Positions 54,590 to 64,000 of a stretch of DNA of 64,000 nucleotides are shown here, piece after piece. This DNA is from Octopus vulgaris (lineage: Eukaryota): contig OX597831.1 of the NCBI GenBank assembly GCA_951406725.2, positions 38,378,001 through 38,442,000 on the forward strand. The letters are read 5' to 3'. Numbering within the stretch: position 1 is the first letter of the stretch; each line of letters starts with the position of its first letter. A program made the position numbers and the translations under genes. The notes under the pieces were generated by a model that saw only the letters and a list, made by a program, of their open reading frames with translations, ran no database searches and was not told where the DNA came from.

Positions 54590-54870
54590 TACTCTAATTT
54601 TAAGAACACAACTCACAGGGTACCAGAAGACATATTTTAAGATGTGTCTCGAAACATTTTTAGCATCCTATACAAAGTAACTCTAAAAGTATCAAAATTG
54701 AAGAAATAGTTATTTCATCAACAATGATTGTCAAATTGAAAATACCACAATGTTTTCCAAGGATACTTCATAACTGTGCGATATCTTTTAATATCTTCTT
54801 CTATTTGATATTAAAGAATTGTTTCCAAAATAGGAATTTAGCTTAAAAATCTATTATTGGCATCATCTTC
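54590..54870 (+). repeat. Inverted duplicate of 57945-58225
   Basis: aactcacagggtaccag / ctggtaccctgtgagtt; catcaacaatgattgtca / tgacaatcattgttgatg; aaaataggaatttagctt / aagctaaattcctatttt. Confidence 0.85.
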
Positions 54871-54986
54871 CTTTTCTTTCTTCATATTACATTATATTGT
54901 AATGCTATTTTCGATGTTATTTTCAACCAACATATGTATCATATATATGTATATGTCTATTGTGTACGAATGTATATATGTATATG

Positions 54987-55047
<61 letters not shown>

Positions 55048-55082
55048 CTCTATATATATATATATATATATACATATGTATT

Positions 55083-55133
<51 letters not shown>

Positions 55134-55146
55134 TATATATATATGC

Positions 55147-55180
<34 letters not shown>

Positions 55181-55529
55181 TATATAAAATCACTTCTGTT
55201 TGCCTGACTGTGTGTCTCTAGGATCTCGAGCATTCTCCATCCGATTGCGCTCAAATTTGATATGTAGATACCGACGATATCAGGGCGTGTATAAGTCTTG
55301 AAAAATTACAAAATCGACTCCAGGTGAGAACGCGATCGATAAAGTGAATAAAATCGTTTCTCTTTGGAATAGAAAAAAGTGTATCTTTATCTCTACTTTT
55401 GCTGGTGTCTCAAATGTAGGTTATATCAGCGATTCTCAAAGGAACGGTTGGACAATATGTTTTGAGAAAATTTGACTTAAATCCTTTTACAACTTCAGCA
55501 CCGTCCATTGGACGGTGGGCGTTTTGCTC

Positions 55530-55530
<1 letters not shown>
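55181..55530 (+). mobile_element. Non-autonomous Helitron
   Basis: 5' tatataaaat..ctgtttgcctgactgtgtgtc; 3' hairpin caccgtcca-t-tggacggtg (55499-55517) followed about 10 nt later by CTCG (CTAG-like) and T. Confidence 0.7.
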
Positions 55531-55577
<47 letters not shown>

Positions 55578-55578
55578 C

Positions 55579-55906
55579 TAATAAATATTAGGGAATAAAT
55601 CCAAATTTACAGGGAAAAATCAGATTTAGGATTGAATCCAATTTTATAGTAAAATATTATATAATATATAATATTAATTAGAGACAAAACCACTATTATG
55701 CAAATCAAACAAAGAAAGACTTAATCCAATACATAAAAAAATTTATACAAATTAAATAAAATTAAGTTATCCACTACAATTGTTTCTTGTCACTTCTAAG
55801 GACATTCATCAGGTGGTTTTCAGACCTTCTATTAAATTTTAAATTACGAAGTCTGAAAACCACCTGATGAATGTCCTTAGAAGTGACAAGAAACAATTGT
55901 CTCTAA

Positions 55907-55917
<11 letters not shown>
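55579..55917. mobile_element. Second fold-back element of the same family with back-to-back HHRs
   Basis: Minus HHR 55771-55816: ccac-CTGATGA-atgtc..gacaa-GAAAC-aatt-GTA-gtgg; plus copy 55860-55901; 55579-55655 is the reverse complement of 54235-54310. Confidence 0.85.
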
Positions 55918-55961
<44 letters not shown>

Positions 55962-57102
55962 CTGTATATTAGCTCAGTATTTCTATCAAGTAGACGTTAC
56001 CTGAACAGGTGGAAGGCGTACCACACTTCAGATGTTGAAATTATTGCCGAGCAGCCTGAGAGGAAATGTTTTGCTCAAGAACACAACGCACCACCCACTC
56101 GAGTAATTGAAACCTCGAACTCACGATTGTGAGTGCAACTCCCTGACTACTCTGGCTTGGGTCCTCTCCTCAACTCTCTTGCTTTGACAGCTACTTCCTC
56201 TCTACACTTCTACCCACCTTCTCTCTTCATTGATACACCCGTCCACCCGCACCCCACACTTACACACACACCACTCACAAACACACCACTCCCACATACC
56301 CCACACCTACTCTCACACCTGCAACCAAACTCACATCCCCACCTGATACCCCTCATATCCTCACACCCACATCCCCACCCAACACCCCTCACATCCACAC
56401 ACGCCCCACATCTCCACACCCCTACACTACAGCACCCACACATGTCCATACCACACAACATCACAACAGCCCACACCACTCCACACACACACTAGCATTT
56501 TCCTCTTCCCAGCACCCACACCACGGACCATCATATATTTATATGATATTCCATCTGCCTTCTATAACCTTTCTCTCCTACGACGCGACCGGTGCGCGGC
56601 CAAGGTGATACTGTCCTTTTACAGCCTGACCAGATTGGTTACTGCTGGTTTGGGCTCCTTCTATGTCTCCTAGGACTCTTTCAATGTCATCGCTACGCCA
56701 CCTCACTAAGTTCTTTCGATAGCTGAAAAGCTATTTCTCTTGTATTTGTGTTATATGAATAATTATTAGTTTACTATTGTATATCCATAAGGCTTCGTTT
56801 TGTTATATATGGTTAATTCTTCGTTGTTTTTTTCTGTCCTTGTATACATTTGTTAGTTTTTTCCAGAAGTTTAACGCCCTGGCGCCTCCAAAATTGAGTA
56901 GTTTCAATGGTAAATGGTGCAAAATCACAAGGATATTTTGGGTCATTGACGATGAAATCAGCTGCGAATACTCCGTAGATCGTGTTTTTGTTTAAATTTC
57001 CCGTCCCTTAAGCTTTCGTCTGCTTTTCCATTGCTCCGCTGTCATCTCATTTTTTCACCTTGTGTTCTTTCTGTTCAACACTTGATGTATATGTATATAT
57101 AA

Positions 57103-57226
<124 letters not shown>

Positions 57227-57789
57227 ATAGAAAGGATTGAGGTAACCTCTCTTGAAGATTCTGGTCATACAGTGATCAATGGCTTCCACGGAAGCTACAG
57301 CCCAGAGGACAGCTCAACAGACTCAGTACAAAGACAAATTTAACTTTCCACTTCGCTATGAAAACGTGGTCCAACGGATGACCTACAAAACGCTATTGAG
57401 GACGGGTTATCTCTTCTGGACCAGAAGATAAAAAGTGGCTATAACCAAAAATTTTACGGTCTCACATTAGCCTCACCAGCACATTCACACATATACATCG
57501 TATCCATAAATTATCTTTGATTTGGAAAATTGAGAAAAAATGTTAAATAAGGATAACTCGGCAGAGATTGATGGAAACAGTCAAACAAATAGTTTCTGTT
57601 CTATGTGTTCAGTATCCAAATATTGTTGAGTAGGGAAGAGTTGTCAAACAATTGTTGCCTGTTGGATGAATCTGGCTATGCGTAAATCCCATAGCCATCA
57701 TTGCTACGCCGCCCTTCTCTGTTGTAGAAAGGGACGAGTTCTCCTCTATCTGGTATTTATGGTAGAACAAGTGTTCTGGTTCTTAAAAC

Positions 57790-57930
57790 TAGCAGAATGA
57801 TTAGCTCGCCGGGCTAAAGGATTTCTTTTGTCTTTACGTTTTGGTCAACTTTGCCTTCCATTTTTTCGGGGTCGATAAATTAAGTACCAGACAAACGAAG
57901 GGGTCAATGTAATTGACTAGCCCCTTTCCG
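57790..57930 (+). mobile_element. Variant Nin-domain SINE (internal deletion)
   Basis: gttttggtcaactttgccttccatt..aaacgaaggggtc. Confidence 0.7.
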
Positions 57931-58249
57931 AAGAAAGGAAACTAAGATGTTGCTAATAATAGATTTTGAAGCTAAATTCCTATTTTCGAAACAAATCTTT
58001 AATATCACATAGAAAGCAATATTAAAAGATATCACACATTTATAAAGTATCTCTGGAAAACATTGTGATATTTTCAACATGACAATCATTGTTGATGCTA
58101 TAACTATTTCTTTAATTATGATATTTTTAGAGTTGCTTTGTGTAAGATACTAAAAACGCTTCGAGCCACATCTTAAGATATGGCTCCTGGTACCCTGTGA
58201 GTTCTGTTCTTAAAGTTAGACTACACAATAAAATAGTTATTATAATGAA

Positions 58250-58440
58250 AGCGACGGTCTGGCAGAATAATTAGCAGGTTGGGCGAATTGACTTGCAGCA
58301 TTTCGTCTGTCTTTCCGTTCTGGTCGACTTTGCCTTCCATTCTTTCGGGGTCCATGAATTAACTACTAGATAAACGAAGGGGTCGATGTAATTGACCAGT
58401 CAACTCCCCAAAGATTTGAGGCCTTGTGCCTATAGTAGAA
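58250..58440 (+). mobile_element. Variant Nin-domain SINE (same deletion)
   Basis: gttctggtcgactttgccttccatt..aaacgaaggggtc. Confidence 0.75.
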
Positions 58441-58473
58441 ATGATTGTTATCATTATTATTATTAGTAGTAGT

Positions 58474-58570
<97 letters not shown>

Positions 58571-58787
58571 TTTTACTTCTCAGAATGTTCGGTCTGTTTG
58601 TTCAGGTAGATTCTGTGAGGGCGGACTGCAGCCTGCAATCAGAGGATCAGCGGTTTCACAGGGTTCTTTGCACACTTTATAAGCTTGCTATTTGGTCGTT
58701 AATTATCATGGGAGACATTCACCATCCAAGTATCAATCTCAAAATCCTAGCTGTCCCCCAAGGAGCAGTTTATTATTATTATTATTA

Positions 58788-58846
<59 letters not shown>

Positions 58847-58869
58847 GTAATCATCATCATCATAATTAT

Positions 58870-59230
58870 TGAATGAGAGCCGTGCATGCCATCAAAGTGA
58901 CACGGGTAAAATATACGAAGCCAAGTATACCCGTATACCCATCATGACTACCAAAGCGTACACTAGGTACATGCATCACAAACATATGTGCATGACATGT
59001 TGATCTCATATCAACATAAATAGCACATGACCTTGTAAGTGCGGCCCAGTTAGAATTTTCTTCTTGACGAGTAACGCATCCTGCCCAAAAGGTCCCTGAT
59101 TAAGGATTGTTTATGGATCTTGAACGAAATACCCATGTTTCGAGAGCTGAATTATTCAAACCCCAAAGAATCCCTCTCAACACATGGCTATGATGCTCCC
59201 TCACTACTTCTGCTCGTGGTCAGAGATGCA
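58870..59230. mobile_element. Copy of the (TAA)n-associated repeat (35714 family)
   Basis: tgaatgagagccgtgcatgccatcaaagtgacac...ctacttctgctcgtggtcagagatgca. Confidence 0.8.
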
Positions 59231-59256
59231 CTCCTACTTCCTGTTTCTGTAATTTC

Positions 59257-59575
59257 CGGGCATTGTGGGTGTTTATTGAGCGAAAACACCTAAAAGCTCC
59301 ACGAGGCTCTGGCAGGGGATGGTGGTGATCCCTGCTGTACTCTTTCACCACAACTTTCTCTCACTCTTACTTCATGTTTCTGTTGTACCTGTATTTCAAA
59401 GGGCCGGCCTTGTCACTCTCTGTGTCACGCTGAATATCCCCGAGAACTACGTTAAGGGTGCACGTGTCTGTGGAGCGCTCAGCCACTTACACGTTAATTT
59501 CACGAGCAGGCTGTTCCGTTGATTCGGATCAACCGGAACCCTCGTCGTCATAACCGACGGAGTGCTTCCATCCAT
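59257..59575 (+). mobile_element. 5'-truncated family B SINE
   Basis: Reverse complement of 25901-26220; ends gagtgcttccatcca. Confidence 0.85.
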
Positions 59576-60219
59576 ACACCATGCAGTTAAAGAGAAGAGA
59601 CTGATTAAATTAGCCACTGCTCATTTTATCCCATTTTAGACATCACTTTGTGAAAATTGGAAATCATCAAGTCAGACATCAGTGTGGGGGAAAAAAAAGG
59701 AAGAAACTGACTTGGAATCTAAGAGAGGAAAGAACATTGATTGGTAAACACCAGGAATTGTCCAGATCTTTTATATAGCAATCTCAATCAGAATTGGGTC
59801 AAAGTTGAAGAAAAATTTCTTGGAAAAAGAGGACCTGTCACCTGACTATGTTTCAGGATTCCTCAACTTCAACAAAAACAACAAGTATTCTTCCTTCCTT
59901 CCTTCTTTCTTTCCTTTCCTGAGCGTCCAATAACACTATACTTGCTCCACGTCCTTGCGTTATTTACATCAAAAAGGTGCATCTCTGACTAACAGACATG
60001 CTCAACTGGTTAAGGTCAAACAATTGACAAACAAATCTGTGGTATTGAGCAGAATATTTGCTGTAGCCTATCTGTTATACCAAGACAAAACAATGTAAAT
60101 GATAACACTTACAATCAGTTAAGATCAGAAGCCACGAGAGCTACTGCCTTGTTCTGCATCAGAGCATTAGTATTACTGTTGTTGTTGTTGTTGTTGTTGT
60201 TGTTAGTATTATTAAGGCT

Positions 60220-60410
60220 GTGTACTGGTAAAATCGTTAGCACGCCGGGCAAAATGCTTAGTAGGATTTCGTTCGTTCTAACGTTCTGAACACATATTCC
60301 GTCGAGGTCGACTTTGCTTCTCATCATCTTGAGGTCCACGATATAAGAACCATTGGAATACTGTGGTCGATGAAATCTAGTAGCCTCCTTGTGCCTATAT
60401 TAGAAAAGAT
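60220..60410 (+). mobile_element. Degraded Nin-domain SINE
   Basis: atcgttagcacgccgggcaaaatgcttag...gtcgaggtcgactttgc. Confidence 0.75.
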
Positions 60411-61119
60411 TATTATTATGAGTAGTAGTAGTAGTAGTAATAGTAGTAGTAGCAGTAATAGTAATAGTAGTTGCTATTATTGTTATTATTATCATGATCA
60501 CACTTATCTGCATGATTATCAACATCATCCTCGTTGCAGTTCTCACCATCATCGTAAATGTCATCATGCTCATTTTTATGATTGCAAAACTCTACTATCT
60601 ATAACATTAATACATGATACATATATAATACCATTATGTAAAATACTGTTTTGTATTGCAATTCCATTAACAGATATTTTTTTGTATTTCGCTCACTACA
60701 CAATGTAGCAATAACCATCTCATATCTATAACTTATCCACTTTGTTTATAGGAAGTCCACAGAATATAGAAACAAGGTAAAACAGTAAAAATTTGTATCT
60801 TCCTGATAAAACAAAGCAAAATATTAGATATTTGTATATTATACATTCATAATTTCATAGTAATATGATTATCTACATGTTCTGTATACATGAATATGCG
60901 CGAAAATAATAGAAATTATTTTGTACGTTAGTGTATGTGTCTATGTATATATATATGTGTGTGTGTGTATGTGTATTTGTGCCTGTATCACTATGCAATT
61001 ATATTTCCGTTTATTGCAAATTATTATGTAAACTGTGCGATCAATATTTTTTCACTGCGTTCGTACAACTTACAAGATTACACTGAATATTTCTGTGTGA
61101 AATATATATATATATATAT

Positions 61120-61185
<66 letters not shown>

Positions 61186-61213
61186 ATATATATATTTATG
61201 TGTGTATACATAC

Positions 61214-61257
<44 letters not shown>

Positions 61258-61321
61258 ATAATATATATATATGCACATACACAATAATATACACACACAT
61301 ATTTATACATATATATAGGTA

Positions 61322-61382
<61 letters not shown>

Positions 61383-61399
61383 GCATATGTTGTAATTTA

Positions 61400-62418
61400 T
61401 ATTGCTACGGGTCTTTGTTTTCTTCCGTTTCTCGCCGAGTGTTTTCCGTACACCTAGGGCTAAGAAGCTCATTGTATGCATTCTCGGATTACACACGCAA
61501 ATTCACAGGTAAAATATATATTTAAAAATTAATAAATAAATAAATTCATGGATGGATGTTGTTTTTCACAGCGATAATGCTCTTCTCAGTACATGAGCCG
61601 TTCCAGTTAACACGATTTTTTGCACTTCCTGTAGGGATGGTAAGCCTGGTATCATTTTCAAATAGGTTTCAGTACCTTTTTTCATCATTGCTAGAGATCC
61701 TGCAATCATTGGTACTGTAGTCGCCTTGAGATGCCACATTTTTTGCAGTTTCTATTAGCTAGTCTCTATATTTACTGATCTTGTCAAATTCCTTCGCCGC
61801 TATATTGTGATCGCAATGAATACTCATATCAATTAATAAACACATCTTTTTTGTCTGATCTTTTATAATATCCGTTTCATTGGCTTTTATAGTTTTGTCG
61901 ATATGTACGGTGAAGTCCCATAGAATCGACAGATTTTCTGCCTCAGTCACAGCTTCAGGATGGTGTTTATACCATTTGTCAGCGGTTTTGATTTTATAAC
62001 ACCGACATATTGTCCAGTGTAAAATACTGGCCGACTCTGCCATATCTTGCTTTATATTATACAGATGCTAAGAGTCTACACTCTGAGATTAGGTGGTCTA
62101 TAGTTTCAATCTCATCGTTACAGAATCGGCATTTTAGGTCAGCTCCATTTTGTATCAAATTGGCTTGGTAGTTCCGGGTTAATAAGCTTTCGTTTTGAAA
62201 GGCTAATATGAAACTTTCACTCTCCGCTTTTAGCCCTGAGCTTCGTAACCATTGGTGCGTGTGTATCTGGTCGACATCAGCTTGTTTGGTACGGGCCACA
62301 TGCTTGCCATGCAGAGGTTTCAGTTCCCATCTGCTAGCTAATTTTTCATGTGCTTTTGTCTTTGCAATTAATTATATTTTCTTTGCAGCAGCAGTTGGCG
62401 CATTTCTTTCAACGTAAT
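61400..62418 (-). mobile_element. R4/Dong-type non-LTR 3' part (CCHC, RLE endonuclease and 3' UTR)
   Basis: QWLRSSGLKAESESFILAFQ..CRFCNDEIETIDHLISEC..KWYKHHPEAVTEAENLSILWDF..CLLIDMSI..KEFDKISKY. Confidence 0.88.
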
Positions 62419-62462
<44 letters not shown>

Positions 62463-62477
62463 TATTATTATTATTAC

Positions 62478-63216
<739 letters not shown>

Positions 63217-63289
63217 GTAATTATTATTATTATTATTACTATTATTATTATTATATCTGTTGCGGAGTAAATCGGACGTATTTTCGAAC

Positions 63290-64000
63290 GCTCGAGGTAA
63301 GTCCTTTTTAATACAATTTTTTTACACTATTTTGGTTCAGTTTATTCGCCTTACACTTTGTTCCAAGTTGTTAATAGAAACAGCAAGAAACTGTCACTGG
63401 GTTTCTGTGTTTGGTTGCCCCCTCCCCCACCGCCGGTCTTCATTCGACACCCACTCCAAATATGTTCAGTGGGTTTTTTCATTTGTAATTCAAAAAGATG
63501 CCGGCCCGCATCTTGACAGAGTTAAGAAAAACTACTGCCCCTCACGTAGGTCTAGTGACCTCTGAAGATATCCCTGCCCTTCACTCCGTTACTGGCAACA
63601 ATACAGGAGAGGTGTCACATGTAGGACAGATTCGGTTATCAGCCGAATCCCCGCCACCTTCTTTTGGCCAGGAAGGAAATGCAGTTTTCCTGTAGCTATA
63701 GCGAAAGAGGTAGTGTGGTGGATGAAGCTGAAAGGACTGAGGACAGACACTTTCCTCTTCAGCCGAGCCCTTATCGATATTTTCAAGTTCCACTCGAAAA
63801 AGAAAGTGAGGGTAGAGAGACAAGTAATGTTGTTGAATGGTGGGTGAATATTCCGAAAATGACTCGTGTGAATGGCCCTACTCTGGATTTCGTTTGTAAG
63901 CCGGAGCATTTGACGGAAGAGGGGTGCCTACCTAGCGTGCTCTTTGCAGTTGAGGTGACCAGGATGTGTGGGGTGTCCTAGTTGGCCTTGGGTGGAACTC
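63290..64000 (+). mobile_element. Probable Tx1/L1-clade remnant (ORF2 C-terminus about 63610-63880)
   Basis: AIAKEVVWWMKLKGLRTDTFL..IFKFHSKKKVRVERQV resembles the AK..IW..R C-terminal motif of L1/Tx1 ORF2. Confidence 0.45.

Noticed and set aside
56133-56520. H/P/T-rich ORF
   Set aside because: C/A-skewed low-complexity tract, probably a repeat remnant; no coding evidence.

Overview
AT-rich, microsatellite-saturated eukaryotic non-coding DNA (intergenic or intronic). The SINE families look like those of octopods, so the source is probably an Octopus genome; this is inferred from repeat content only. No host protein-coding exon can be supported. Nearly all long ORFs in the track are translations of (TA)n, (CA)n, (TAA)n or (CAT)n arrays. 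The real coding signal is transposon debris: CR1-type RT 3' ends, several R4/Dong-type (RLE endonuclease) fragments next to (TAA)n or (CAT)n arrays, an ORF1-only (HAL1-like) CCHC element, a Tx1/L1-like C-terminus, two copies of a mariner deletion derivative, a decayed Tc1, a maT/DD37D remnant and a non-autonomous Helitron. The most striking unexplained structure is a set of about a dozen minimal type I hammerhead-ribozyme (HHR) motifs, of the kind known from Penelope-like elements. Several sit back-to-back inside long fold-back palindromes (53.8-54.2 kb, 55.8-55.9 kb, 41.6-41.9 kb, 50.8-51.0 kb) or beside long inverted repeats (1.7-4.7 kb, 10.7-11.3 kb). There are also HHR-free palindromes (26.3 kb, 28.8 kb) and concatemeric SINEs with a fixed junction.
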